Of a stretch of DNA of 46,373 nt, positions 9,858 to 19,632 are shown one piece after another (the first letter of the stretch is position 1; each line of letters begins with the position of its first letter). A model generated the notes under the pieces. It was not told where the DNA came from and did not search any database. It was given only the letters and a program-made list of their open reading frames with translations. Origin of the DNA: Tepidisphaerales bacterium. GTDB taxonomy: Bacteria > Planctomycetota > Phycisphaerae > Tepidisphaerales > Tepidisphaeraceae. The stretch is taken from NCBI GenBank assembly GCA_038204465.1, contig JBBRCX010000029.1, positions 1 through 46,373 on the forward strand, given 5' to 3'. Both the position numbers and the translations under genes were made by a program.

Positions 9858-10376
9858 TCAAAGTAGCAATGCCAGCTTTTCTTCTTCCGTGGGCACGATT
9901 CCTGACACCCGTTGCGTCGTCGTTGGACGCCACCAGGGCGGGGGCAAGGCGTACTTATCGAGAATCACGTCAAGAAGCTTTCCATCGTCTGAGAACTGGA
10001 ATTCGATTGCGATCGTCCGGTCGCCCACCAGCAGACTGCCTGAGCCGAGTCGCTTGAGCCCCCGCACGATGGATCGTTGCCCCTGACCCCCACTTCCCCG
10101 AAAGCCGACGAATCCTCCGCCGCTATTGAGCACTTGGAAACCATGGCCGTCCAACCAGCTTGCAGCGTCATCAAATGTCGTCGCTGGTGTAATTTCACTT
10201 TTGGCGACGGTTAACCATGACTCGCCAATACGATTGTATCGGTTGTCGCGAATCAATCCGATGCACAGCCATGCGCAAATGACCAGGCCGACGGCGATGA
10301 GAAATCGGCGCAGCGGCCGTTTCGGATTTGGGCCAGGCCCATTTCGTTGAAGATTCGGTGCCACGCGACACCTCAC
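9858..10376 (-). CDS. Hypothetical protein with an N-terminal membrane anchor
   Basis: 172-aa ORF with a hydrophobic segment LIAVGLVICAWLCIGLI near the N-terminus. No recognisable domain. Confidence 0.35.
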   Translation of the reverse strand: MRCRVAPNLQRNGPGPNPKRPLRRFLIAVGLVICAWLCIGLIRDNRYNRIGESWLTVAKSEITPATTFDDAASWLDGHGFQVLNSGGGFVGFRGSGGQGQRSIVRGLKRLGSGSLLVGDRTIAIEFQFSDDGKLLDVILDKYALPPPWWRPTTTQRVSGIVPTEEEKLALLL

Positions 10377-10560
10377 AATGGCATCTGGAGAGGGACACCA
10401 TCAGACTCCCTCCTTGCCGCGCCGAAAAGACGGTGTCGTCTGGTCAGAGGGTTAGGAAGTGTACTGCCCCGGGCTCCAGCGGAGAAAGGCGGCGATGCGG
10501 AGGGTTGGAAACCCGCCGGTGCGAAAGCGGCGGCGAATGTCTGGCGCGGCGAGGAGAAGA

Positions 10561-10586
10561 GGGCGGGTTTGAAACCCGCCCCTACA
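10561..10586. repeat. REP-like palindromic element, copy 2 (same 26-bp element as 6878-6903). A degenerate half-copy (gggttggaaacccgcc) lies at 10503-10518.
   Basis: Identical 17-bp palindrome GCGGGTTTGAAACCCGC at 10563-10579 with the same flanks gggc / nCCTACA. Confidence 0.6.
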
Positions 10587-10639
10587 GCGGGATCGCATGC
10601 GGTGTCCCGCGTGATGAGAGCGCGATCACGGCGGTTGGG

Positions 10640-10900
10640 TGGCCTCGGGGGCGGCTGTGGATCGGTGCGGCTTATTCATGGCAACGGGTTGGGGCGGGAG
10701 TGGCGGGTGGATGGTTGGAGTTTGGCGAGTGGCTGGGGAGTGGGTGGGGAGTGGGTGGTGTGCGGACGGCGGGGAGATGGGTGACTTGCGGTTCGGCTAT
10801 GGATGGCGGATGGGTGGGGATTGGGGTGGTGATGGCGGGCCGATGGTCGGGGGATGGGGTCGAGCTGGGTTTGACGGGCGAAAATGCGGTTTCTGGCTTG
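10640..10900 (+). repeat. G-tract-rich low-complexity block (GGGTGG / GGGGAGTGGGTGG repeats) within a ~650-bp intergenic region upstream of the DUF1579 gene. It has G-quadruplex-forming potential on the + strand.
   Basis: Many GGG/GGGG runs are separated by 1-4 nt, including a tandem 11-mer ggagtgggtgg x2 at ~10737-10758. The ORFs translated here (GW-rich on +, Pro-rich on -) look like low-complexity artefacts. Confidence 0.5.
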
Positions 10901-11051
10901 CCTTGGGCAGGCCCCCGGGGATCGTGGCAATGGTTCTGTGATCGTGCTGGGCGCGGTGGCGCGGGGAAGCGATGGATCTTGCCGCTTTTCGAATCCCTCG
11001 GCATAGTTACGCGGCTGGGGGAAACCCTGTTGAATAAGAAAGGAGCGACTC

Positions 11052-11666
11052 ATGCGGGACTTCCGGATTTGTGCAATCGTGTGCGCGCTGATCGCGAGCA
11101 CGGCGGTGCTCTGGGCGGCGGAAGAGGGAGCTACGACGGCGGAGGATCGCAAGGGCGGCGCGGCGGCCATGATGGAGGCGTGGATGAAGCTGGCAACGCC
11201 TGGGCCGCAGCATGAGAAACTCAAGACGCTGGCGGGCAAGTTCGACGCGGACGTCACGATGCAGATGATGCCCGACATGCCGGAGGAGAAAAGCAAGGGC
11301 AAGGCGGTGAACGAGATGATCTTCGACGGGCGGTACCTGAAGGGCGAGTATACCGGCACGATGAACGGCAAGCCGTTCCAGGGGATCGGGTACTGGGGCT
11401 TCGACAACCTGAAGCAGAAGTACTTCATGAGCTGGATGGATTCGATGAGCACCATGATGATGGTGGCCGAGGGAACGGCGGACGAAGCGGGGAAGGTGTT
11501 CACCTTTAACGGCGAGTGCCTGGACCCGGTGAGCAAGAAGAAGATGCCGATCCGGCAGGTGTTGACGATCGAGGACGAAGACCATCACACGTACGAATCC
11601 TACCGGACGGGAACGGACGGGAAGGAGTTCAAAGACCTGACGGTGAAGTACACGCGGGCGAAGTGA
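11052..11666 (+). CDS. DUF1579-family secreted protein
   Basis: Signal peptide, then MEAWMKLATPGPQHEKLKTLAGKFDADVT..., characteristic of DUF1579 proteins. A good SD (AAGAAAGGAG) lies 5 nt upstream of the ATG. Confidence 0.7.
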   Translation: MRDFRICAIVCALIASTAVLWAAEEGATTAEDRKGGAAAMMEAWMKLATPGPQHEKLKTLAGKFDADVTMQMMPDMPEEKSKGKAVNEMIFDGRYLKGEYTGTMNGKPFQGIGYWGFDNLKQKYFMSWMDSMSTMMMVAEGTADEAGKVFTFNGECLDPVSKKKMPIRQVLTIEDEDHHTYESYRTGTDGKEFKDLTVKYTRAK

Positions 11667-11713
11667 GCGGGAAGATACGGGCGAGATGTTTCTCTCCACT
11701 TGTGGGCAACATG

Positions 11714-11745
11714 GCCCTTCAACGAACGCGTTGAAGGGCTTTTTT
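11714..11745 (+). terminator. Rho-independent terminator after the DUF1579 gene
   Basis: 10-bp perfect stem gcccttcaac / gttgaagggc, 6-nt loop, followed by T6 (11740-11745). Confidence 0.7.
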
Positions 11746-11836
11746 GTTCATGGTGGACAAGGCCGGTCAAACTGGTAGCTTCGGTCATACAGCGTTTTCA
11801 GGAAACTTAACACCGCATACGGGACAAACAGAGACA

Positions 11837-13219
11837 ATGAGCACGGTCATTCAGAAGGGCAAGATTTTCGCGGGCGTTGGCGAGGCGGATATTACGCCGG
11901 CGTTGGGGATTCAGATGGCGGGAGATGTGGACCGCAGGCGGCCGGTGGAGGAAATCCGGGCGCCGCTGCTGGTGCAGGCGCTCGTCGCCGAGGTGTCGGG
12001 GAAGAAGATCTGCTTCGTGTCGATGGATGCGCTGGGAACGACGCGGAAGTATGGGGAGCGGCTGCGCAAGGAGATCGCCGAGGCGATTGGCACTACGCCG
12101 GACGCGGTTGTCGTTCACGGAAAGCAGAGCCACTCAGCGCCGATGGTCGGGCACCATGCGGTCAGCGAGGAGTGCGACCTGGTGCCGCCTGACATGGACT
12201 GGATCCGAGGCGGCGACCTGCGCTACATCGAGCCGTTCTTTGAAGGAGTGCACAAAGCCGTCAAGCAGGCGAACCGATCGCTGCGCCCGGTGCGCATCAA
12301 GGCGGGCCGGGCGATGGAAGGACGCGTGGCGTTCAACCGGCGGTTCGTGATGCGCGAGGGAAAGGTGAAGACGCACCCGCCGCTGTGCAGTCCGGACATA
12401 TTGTACGCGGAAGGCCCGGTCGATCCCGAAGTGGGCGTGGCGTTGCTGGTGGATGAGGCGGATGATCCGGTGACGGCGCTGCTTCACTTCACCTGCCACC
12501 CGGTGCATGGATATCCGATGCGATGGGTTTCGCCCGACTGGCCGGGGGCGTGGGTGGAGGGCGTGCGAAAGCTGCTGAAGGGGAAGGCGATCCCGTTGGT
12601 GATCAACGGCGCGTGCGGGAACGTGCATCATACGAATCACCTGAATCCGCATAACAGCGAGACCGACACCATCGAGATCATGGGTGAGCGTCTGACGGAA
12701 ACCACCCAGACGATCCTGAACCGGCTGCAGCCGCTGGAATCGGACTCGCTGGCGTGGTCGAGCCGCGTTGTGAACCTGCCGTGGCGCACGATGCCGGCTG
12801 AGAAGATCGAAGCCGCGCGGGAGTTGATCGCGCGGCGGCCAAGACCGGTTCCGGACAAGGATGGCGCGATCGGGTGGGACTGGGTTTTCGCGGCGGCCAC
12901 GCTCGACCTGGAGGCGCGGAAGGCGAAGCAACCCTATTACGACCTGGAAGTGCAGGTGCTGCGCCTGGGAGACCTGTGCATCGTCTGTTGGCCGGGCGAG
13001 CCCTTTGTCGAGGCGCAACTGGAAGTGAAGCGCACGTCTCCAAAACCGTACACCTTCGTTGCCCATTGGTGTACCGATGATGTGAGTTACATGCCCACGA
13101 AGCGCGGCTACGAAGGCGGCGGGTTTGAGGTGGATCTGCCCTGGTGCAGACTGGCGGCCGGCTCGCTGGAGACCATTGCCGAGGAATCGAGTCGGATGGT
13201 TGAGGAGATCTGCCGCTGA
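11837..13219 (+). CDS. Neutral/alkaline ceramidase-like hydrolase family protein
   Basis: N-terminus IFAGVGEADITPALGIQMAG resembles the neutral ceramidase N-terminal domain (AG.A..DITP). The size (~460 aa) and conserved His/Cys pattern also fit. The family call is from memory. Start chosen at the ATG at 11837. Confidence 0.5.
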   Translation: MSTVIQKGKIFAGVGEADITPALGIQMAGDVDRRRPVEEIRAPLLVQALVAEVSGKKICFVSMDALGTTRKYGERLRKEIAEAIGTTPDAVVVHGKQSHSAPMVGHHAVSEECDLVPPDMDWIRGGDLRYIEPFFEGVHKAVKQANRSLRPVRIKAGRAMEGRVAFNRRFVMREGKVKTHPPLCSPDILYAEGPVDPEVGVALLVDEADDPVTALLHFTCHPVHGYPMRWVSPDWPGAWVEGVRKLLKGKAIPLVINGACGNVHHTNHLNPHNSETDTIEIMGERLTETTQTILNRLQPLESDSLAWSSRVVNLPWRTMPAEKIEAARELIARRPRPVPDKDGAIGWDWVFAAATLDLEARKAKQPYYDLEVQVLRLGDLCIVCWPGEPFVEAQLEVKRTSPKPYTFVAHWCTDDVSYMPTKRGYEGGGFEVDLPWCRLAAGSLETIAEESSRMVEEICR

Positions 13220-13290
13220 CAATCTCTTCTCACGCAATGGTCATCATCGTGAATCTCATCGCCCGAGGGTGGCTGGTTCGGTAATGCATT

Positions 13291-14007
13291 GTGAGAACAT
13301 CGGAGTCACAAATTCGCCGCTTCCACGAGGATGGCTTTACCACGATCGAAGCTCTGATCGATTCAGAAACGATCGGGCAGCTGCGCGAGTTGTACGATCA
13401 ATTCATCGACGGCCAGATCGATTGCGGCACTGAGTATGGGAAATTCCTTGGCGGCGTGACGCGGCACGTGATGCAGCCGCATCTGCATCATCCTTACTTC
13501 AATGACAACCCGGCTCTTTCAGCAGGCAGGGAGATCGCCAGAGAACTATCGGGGTATGTGGAACCGCAGCTGAGTTACGACATGTTGATCACGAAGCCGC
13601 CGGGACATGGGAAGGAGACGCCGTGGCATCAGGATTATGCCTACGCCGAGGCGCCGGTAGTTCCAGCGGGGACGAAGATTCCAATTCATAGTCTTCAATT
13701 CTGGGTGGCGCTGGATAATGTGGACTTCGCCAACGGCTGCATGTGTTTCGTGCCGGGGATGCATTGCGGTCCGACATTGGAACACGTCGTTTGCGGCGGC
13801 GACCCGATGGACAAGGATCGCATGCTGGCGATCAATGATCCCTCCAACACATTGGACTTGAACGAGAAGGTGGCCTGCCCATTGAACGCGGGGGGCTGCA
13901 CGGTTCATATGCTGGGGACGCCTCATTACACGCCCGGAAACACGACGCGCGATCGGCCGCGGCGCGCATATATTTTCAATCTTATCGATGGGCAATCGGC
14001 ATCCTGA
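13291..14007 (+). CDS. Phytanoyl-CoA dioxygenase (PhyH)-family Fe(II)/2-oxoglutarate oxygenase
   Basis: N-terminal ...QIRRFHEDGFTTIEALID (typical PhyH start) and an HQDYAY (H-x-D) iron-binding motif. GTG start at 13291. Confidence 0.6.
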   Translation: MRTSESQIRRFHEDGFTTIEALIDSETIGQLRELYDQFIDGQIDCGTEYGKFLGGVTRHVMQPHLHHPYFNDNPALSAGREIARELSGYVEPQLSYDMLITKPPGHGKETPWHQDYAYAEAPVVPAGTKIPIHSLQFWVALDNVDFANGCMCFVPGMHCGPTLEHVVCGGDPMDKDRMLAINDPSNTLDLNEKVACPLNAGGCTVHMLGTPHYTPGNTTRDRPRRAYIFNLIDGQSAS

Positions 14008-14122
14008 CTCGCGCGCGGACATTGCTTCCGTTGGGCAGGTGGGCAGTACGGACAGACGACCTGACGCTGGGACTTCCGCCGCTATGCCGCGGGAGTCGAT
14101 CCCGTTGCGTAGCCGAAAGCGG

Positions 14123-15499
14123 TTACAGGATGTCCTGATCGGAAGGATTGAAGCCAAGATGGCTGGGTGTCGCGCCGCGCATGGACAGGGTTTGAGGGTC
14201 TATGGAAGGCAGGCCGGGGCGGTCGTGATACGTGGGGCGCCAGGGTTGACCGCAGAGATTGGAGATGACCTGCCAGTTGGAGGCGGTAAGCGTGTAGTGG
14301 TGGTGGAAGAGGAAGCGTTGCAGGCCGGCCGAGCGCGAGGCGAGCAACATGCGGCGCAGCTCGTAACTGGGGAACGGATCGCCGCCGTGCGGGCGGCGGC
14401 CGGCGTCAACCCAGGGCATCACCCGCGCGGGATCGTTGCCAACGGCCGCCATGCTCTTGCGGGTTTCCTCCTGCACGATTCCGTCGAAGAACTCGTCGGG
14501 AAAGCCGTGGTCGAAGTCGTCGCGGGTTTTGATCCACGGCATGTCGAGGCCAAAGATGGCTTTGACGATACCCATGGCGGCGCCATCGGACATGCCGGGA
14601 TTCCACTCGGTGAGCACTTCGACGTAGCGAAAGACGGTGCCGTACATGCCGTCGAACCCGCGGTGCCAGAAGTAGTGCTTGGGGAGAATGACGTCAGGAA
14701 TCGCCGCAAAACGATGCAGATCGACGCCGGTCAGGCCGGCGAAGGCGGGAGAGCGCAGGCCCATTGCCAGCTTGAACGAAGCTGCGCCGTTTGAGCGCTG
14801 CGCCGCGACGTCTTCGAGGGAGCGGGCCCGGAACGCCATCCACTGGCGCAGGCCCTTGATGTCGCCGAACAACTCGGGGCAGCCGAACGGCGTGCCATCG
14901 TGCGTCCAGTCTCGGCGCTCGCGAGGCAAGTTGTGCAGACGATCGAACAACTCATCCTTCGCGGCCACGAGTGAGCGATAGTCAAAGCCAAGCGCCGCGC
15001 AGCGCGGCGCGATCGATTCAGGGAGGTCCTTGAAGATGTAGCTGTGATACCCCATCAGGTGCGGGCATATCTCGTAGCCCCATTCCGGGCCATCGATCAC
15101 TGCCCCACTGGCCATCGGGAAATGGCCCATCGTGTCGGCTGTCCGGGCGGCATAGGCGAGCGAGCATGACCGATCGCTCCAATGCCCGCCCGCCGCGTGA
15201 CTCGCGTAGTAGCCGGGCTCGAAGAGCCACACTTGAATTCCGCGCTGGACCGCGTCGGCGAGCATGCGCTCCAGGCTCCGCCTTTTCTGCGGACATGCAT
15301 CGGCGGGCGCGGATGGCGCGGCGCAGCCGAACTGTCGATAGATGCGCGGATCGGGATCATACGGAAGGTGTCCGCCGGCGAAGAGCAGTGGACCGAGGAC
15401 CATTCCTTCGATGCCCCCCTGCTGCCACGCGTCAAAGACCGGCTGGTAATTCTCCAGCATTGGCTCGACCTGCCGCATCACGTCCATCCAGCATCGCAT
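14123..15499 (-). CDS. Hypothetical protein (458 aa), possibly a TIM-barrel glycoside-hydrolase-like fold
   Basis: Long ORF with no overlapping competitor on the other strand that shows a domain. No motif is confidently recognised. Confidence 0.45.
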   Translation of the reverse strand: MRCWMDVMRQVEPMLENYQPVFDAWQQGGIEGMVLGPLLFAGGHLPYDPDPRIYRQFGCAAPSAPADACPQKRRSLERMLADAVQRGIQVWLFEPGYYASHAAGGHWSDRSCSLAYAARTADTMGHFPMASGAVIDGPEWGYEICPHLMGYHSYIFKDLPESIAPRCAALGFDYRSLVAAKDELFDRLHNLPRERRDWTHDGTPFGCPELFGDIKGLRQWMAFRARSLEDVAAQRSNGAASFKLAMGLRSPAFAGLTGVDLHRFAAIPDVILPKHYFWHRGFDGMYGTVFRYVEVLTEWNPGMSDGAAMGIVKAIFGLDMPWIKTRDDFDHGFPDEFFDGIVQEETRKSMAAVGNDPARVMPWVDAGRRPHGGDPFPSYELRRMLLASRSAGLQRFLFHHHYTLTASNWQVISNLCGQPWRPTYHDRPGLPSIDPQTLSMRGATPSHLGFNPSDQDIL

Positions 15500-15717
15500 G
15501 GTTGAAGCTTCGGGTTATTTCGTGGAGCGGGCAAGTAGCAGCGCAGGAATCAACCGATTTACGGGAATCGCGAGTTGCTCGAGCTTGGCGTCGTCGTCTT
15601 CCTTCCGGGCCGCGCTTCGGCCCTTTACGATGATGCAAACTTCGCCCGAGGAAACCGAGGCTAAGTGAGACGGATCGGGCGGCGACGAGATCCCGCGCTG
15701 AGTTGGGAACCGGAACG

Positions 15718-16554
15718 ATGAGCATCTCTGAATTGATCGCGATCGACGTGCATGGGCATTACGGGGAATACCGCCACCCCGGCCCGGAGCTGGCGAACCG
15801 GTGTATGACCGGCGACGCTGACACCGTGGTTGCCCGCGCCAAGGCGGCGCGGATTGGACTCACGATCGCCTCGCCGCTCTCCGGGCTGCTTCCGCGGGGA
15901 GGGGCGAGCGCGTTTGACGGAAATGAAGAGGCGTCGCGGATCATTTCGCAGACCAAGGGTTTGCTTCAGTACGTGATCGTGAACCCGCTGGAGAAGAACA
16001 CGTACGATCAGGCTCGCCGGCTGATCGGGCGGGGCAAGTGCGTCGGAATCAAGATTCATCCGGAAGAGCATGGTTATGCGATTGCGGCGCACGGCCGCGA
16101 GATCTTTGAATTCGCGGCGGAGTTTCGGGCAATTGTGCTGACGCACAGCGGCGAGCGCAGGAGCCTGCCCGACGACTACCTGCCATTCGCCAATGATTTT
16201 CCGCAGGTTAGCTTGATCCTGGCGCACATCGGCTGCAGCTACGACAGCGACCCGGGGCGGCAGGTGCGGGCGATGCAGAAGGCGAAGCACGACAATGTGT
16301 ACGCCGATACTTCGAGCGCGAAGAGCATCATGCCGGGGCTCATCGAGTGGGCGGTTGCAGAGGTCGGGGCTGGAAAGATTCTTTTCGGCACCGACACGCC
16401 GCTGTACTTCGCCGCGATGCAGCGGGCGCGCATCGACCACGCGGAAATGGACGAGCGGGCGAAATCCAGAATCCTGCGCGACAATGCCCTGGAGCTCTTC
16501 GGCCCGCTTGTCGCGACGCACTGGGAATCAATCGTCGACGGCGCACGAAGCTGA
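15718..16554 (+). CDS. Amidohydrolase-family metal-dependent hydrolase (TIM barrel)
   Basis: MSISELIAIDVHGHYG... (an HxH metal-binding motif at the start of the barrel) with later His/Asp-containing strands (ILAHIG, GTDTP). This is typical of amidohydrolase-2 proteins. Confidence 0.6.
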   Translation: MSISELIAIDVHGHYGEYRHPGPELANRCMTGDADTVVARAKAARIGLTIASPLSGLLPRGGASAFDGNEEASRIISQTKGLLQYVIVNPLEKNTYDQARRLIGRGKCVGIKIHPEEHGYAIAAHGREIFEFAAEFRAIVLTHSGERRSLPDDYLPFANDFPQVSLILAHIGCSYDSDPGRQVRAMQKAKHDNVYADTSSAKSIMPGLIEWAVAEVGAGKILFGTDTPLYFAAMQRARIDHAEMDERAKSRILRDNALELFGPLVATHWESIVDGARS

Positions 16555-16580
16555 GGACTCGGCGGGAAACGGGGAAATGG

Positions 16581-17753
16581 ATGGCCGTCAACAACACGCT
16601 GTCATTCCCGACGCAGGAGTACGGCCGCCGTGTGCGGGCGGTCCAGCAGCAGGCGCAGCGGCTTGATCTTGATGTGATGCTGGCGACGACGATGGCCAGC
16701 GTCTGCTACCTGAGCGGAATCGAGAGCGTGTCGCCGCACAAGTTCTGGCTGGTGGCGGTGCCGCGCGAAGGTGCGCCGCTGCTCTTCTGCCAGGATTTCG
16801 AGAGCCACAACGCCGCGATAAGCTCGTGGCTGCCCGCGGAGTTTACCTATCCTGTCGGCGAAGATTCGGTGAGTTATGTCGTTGCGATGCTGCGGAAGCT
16901 GGGCTTCGCTTCTGCGCGGATCGGACTCGAGTCCGGATATTGCTGGTCATCGCTTTCGGTGCAGATGTACGCGCGAATGAAGCAGATGCTGCCCGACGCA
17001 GAATTTGTGGACGCGACGGAGGCGGTCTCGCGCGCCATGTCGATCAAGTCCGCGGTGGAAATCCAATGCGTGCGGAAGGCAGCGGGAATCACGAGCCAGG
17101 CGATGCGGGCCGCGATCGAGACGATTCGAGAAGGCGCGACCGACAACGACGTAGCGGCCGCGGCATACGCGGCGATGATCGGCGGCGGCAGCGAATACTC
17201 GGCGCTTCCGGTGATCGTGACCACCGGCGCCCGCAGCGGGATACCCCATTCGACGTTTCGCCGCGTTCCCATCTGCCGCGGTGATATGGTGTTCATCGAG
17301 ATCGCCGCCGCGATCAACCGTTATCACGCGCCGATGATGCGAACCGCAGTGTTGAATGAACCTGCGCCGCAGGTTGAGGGCCTCATGCGCGCCGCAGTGT
17401 CGAGTGTGAACACGATGATCGAGACGATTCGCCCGGGCGTGACGGCCCACATGGTTGCGGCAGCAGCACAGCGCTGCCTGCAGGGATTGCCCAGTGAGAT
17501 CGTCTGGCACGGCTATTACGGATACAGCGTCGGCCTGGGCTTTCCGCCGGAATGGTCGGATTGTCCGTCGCTGTTGATTCGTCTCGGGCATCACGACGTG
17601 TTGCAGCCCGGCATGGTGTTTCATTGCAGCACCTCATTGCGTGACGTCGGCGTTCGCGGCGTGACGTGCTGCGAAACCATTCTGGTCACAGAGGAGGGAT
17701 GCGAGGTGCTCACGGAGGGGAAGCGGGAGTTGAGCATTTGCCCACAGTGTTGA
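16581..17753 (+). CDS. M24-family metallopeptidase (Xaa-Pro aminopeptidase/creatinase-like)
   Basis: The N-terminal creatinase-like domain (RRVRAVQQQAQRLDLDVMLATT...) is followed by a pita-bread domain with conserved metal-ligand segments (GDMVFIEIAA, HGYYGYSVG, EEG). Start is the ATG at 16581, 27 bp after the amidohydrolase stop. Confidence 0.7.
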   Translation: MAVNNTLSFPTQEYGRRVRAVQQQAQRLDLDVMLATTMASVCYLSGIESVSPHKFWLVAVPREGAPLLFCQDFESHNAAISSWLPAEFTYPVGEDSVSYVVAMLRKLGFASARIGLESGYCWSSLSVQMYARMKQMLPDAEFVDATEAVSRAMSIKSAVEIQCVRKAAGITSQAMRAAIETIREGATDNDVAAAAYAAMIGGGSEYSALPVIVTTGARSGIPHSTFRRVPICRGDMVFIEIAAAINRYHAPMMRTAVLNEPAPQVEGLMRAAVSSVNTMIETIRPGVTAHMVAAAAQRCLQGLPSEIVWHGYYGYSVGLGFPPEWSDCPSLLIRLGHHDVLQPGMVFHCSTSLRDVGVRGVTCCETILVTEEGCEVLTEGKRELSICPQC

Positions 17754-17823
17754 GGATCATCTCGAGACGGTTCGGGCGCTGGAGCGAAGCCGCGGACAAA
17801 CAACGCAAATGCAGGAGCGAACC

Positions 17824-18591
17824 ATGGCTGGAAGGGTCTTACTCGCGGCAATTCTTCTCAGCACCGCTGTCGGGTGCCGGAGCCCTGAAGCGATGAGCCA
17901 GGCAAGTTCCAAAGGCCACTTTGAATCGGACATCGCCACGGTACAGCTGCTGGCGGATGGGCGTCGGGCGAAGCTGCTCAAGGATTTTACATTTGTGGAC
18001 GCTCAGAATCGCAGTTGGGTTGCGCCGGCAGGAGACACGGTAGACGGCGCATCGATTCCACATCTCTTCTGGGCGGTGATCGGCGGGCCGTGGGAGGGGA
18101 AATATCGCTTCGCCTCGATCGTGCATGATCGCTACTGCAACGTGCACGAGGGACGGTCGTGGCAGGACGTGCATCGGATGTTCTACGAGGCGTGTCTCGC
18201 CGCGGGGACCGATGAGCTTCTGGCGAAGATCATGTATGCGGCGGTGTATCACTTCGGGCCCAGATGGGGAGACGAATCGAGAGGCGCAGAAGAGCTGGCA
18301 GAGTTGATCGCGCCGGAACGCAAACGCCTTGCGGAAGAAGCCGAGACCGTGGAATCAGCGACGATGAGATCGCGAAGTCCGCAGATATCTACGAGGGCAT
18401 TTCCCGCGCCCGCAGCGGCGCCGACACAGCGACAACAAGCCGTTATGGTGCTCGCGCCTCGACGAAAAGCGCCGGGCATCCAGATGAACGCCGCTAGCAT
18501 GCCCGCAACGCTGGGCAAATGGGACCGGATCCGCGAGTTCCTGCGCCAGCACCCCGATGCGTCGCCGCAAGACATCGAGCGCCTGCCGTAG
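17824..18591 (+). CDS. DUF1353-domain lipoprotein
   Basis: Lipoprotein signal (LLSTAVGC) and the DUF1353 signature ...VDGASIPHLFWAVIGGPWEGKYRFASIVHDRYC. Confidence 0.55.
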   Translation: MAGRVLLAAILLSTAVGCRSPEAMSQASSKGHFESDIATVQLLADGRRAKLLKDFTFVDAQNRSWVAPAGDTVDGASIPHLFWAVIGGPWEGKYRFASIVHDRYCNVHEGRSWQDVHRMFYEACLAAGTDELLAKIMYAAVYHFGPRWGDESRGAEELAELIAPERKRLAEEAETVESATMRSRSPQISTRAFPAPAAAPTQRQQAVMVLAPRRKAPGIQMNAASMPATLGKWDRIREFLRQHPDASPQDIERLP

Positions 18592-18737
18592 TCACAGCGA
18601 ACCTGAACGGTGACTCCAGACGCCGCGCGATGGTCCGGCAGAGCACTTTAAGACGCCATTTTCCATCGAAAAACCAGCGGAGTTGATGGTTCAAGGTTGC
18701 AAGCTGATACTGATGGTGGTCGTAGCATTGGAGTGAG

Positions 18738-19592
18738 ATGAAAGTATTGGCGAATTATTACCAGCAGTTCGACGCGGACTTTGAAAGCAACGTGCCCGCG
18801 GAAGGATACGGCGGCTGGAAGAGGACGGAGGTTGAGATCGCAACGCCGCGCACGGCGGTCGTGCTGATGCACGCCTGGGACTGCGGGACGCGCGAGCAGT
18901 TTCCCGGATGGCATCGCGTGGCCGACTTCATCCCGCGGGCGACAAAGATCTGCCGCACGGTGATCCCCGGATTGCTGAGCGCGGTGCGCGCGTCGCCCCT
19001 GCGGCTGATGCACGTGGTCGCGCCGGCAGAGCATTACAAGGACCTGCCGGGCTACAAGCTGGCGCAGCAATACGCGCTGCCCGAGCCGGCGCGGGCGCCG
19101 CAGGTACAGAACGATCCGCTGCTGGAGAAGCTGCGGGAATTCAAGCGCGCTCATTCCTTTCCCGGGTTGCACAACATCGAAGACATTAACCGCGGTTTCA
19201 AAGCGCTGCGTTATCCGAAAGAGGCGGAGCCGCTCGGCGATGAGCCGGTCGTGGAGAGCGGCGAGCAGCTCTATGGGCTGTGCAAGCTGTACGGCATCAA
19301 CCACCTGATTTACTGCGGCTTCGCGATCAACTGGTGCATCTTTTATTCGGCGGGCGGGATGCTGGAGATGGAGCGGCACGGGTGCATGTGCTCGATCGTG
19401 CGCGACGCGACGACGGCGGTGGAGAACAAGGAGACCGCGCGGCACGAGTGGGGCAAAGAGACGGCGCTCTGGCGGGTGGCGCTGCAGCATGGCTTTGTGT
19501 TCGACAGCGCGGATCTGATCGCGGCGGCGCGGGATGCGGCCAATCAGGAGCCGAGAAATGTTTCTGCCGCCGGCGCCGGGCCGCGGAGCTGA
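18738..19592 (+). CDS. Isochorismatase-like cysteine hydrolase family protein (tentative)
   Basis: TAVVLMHAWDCG (cf. the isochorismatase 'ALLVIDMQNDF' strand) and a candidate catalytic Cys segment LIYCGFAINWCIFYSAGG. Weak call. Confidence 0.35.
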   Translation: MKVLANYYQQFDADFESNVPAEGYGGWKRTEVEIATPRTAVVLMHAWDCGTREQFPGWHRVADFIPRATKICRTVIPGLLSAVRASPLRLMHVVAPAEHYKDLPGYKLAQQYALPEPARAPQVQNDPLLEKLREFKRAHSFPGLHNIEDINRGFKALRYPKEAEPLGDEPVVESGEQLYGLCKLYGINHLIYCGFAINWCIFYSAGGMLEMERHGCMCSIVRDATTAVENKETARHEWGKETALWRVALQHGFVFDSADLIAAARDAANQEPRNVSAAGAGPRS

Positions 19593-19632
19593 CGTCGCGA
19601 TCCACAGGGGCGGTCCAGGAACATCGAGCCGC

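Noticed and set aside
10328-11215. 295-aa GW-rich ORF and the overlapping Pro-rich minus-strand ORFs
   Set aside because: They are translations of the G-tract repeat region and have no domain features. The region is treated as non-coding.
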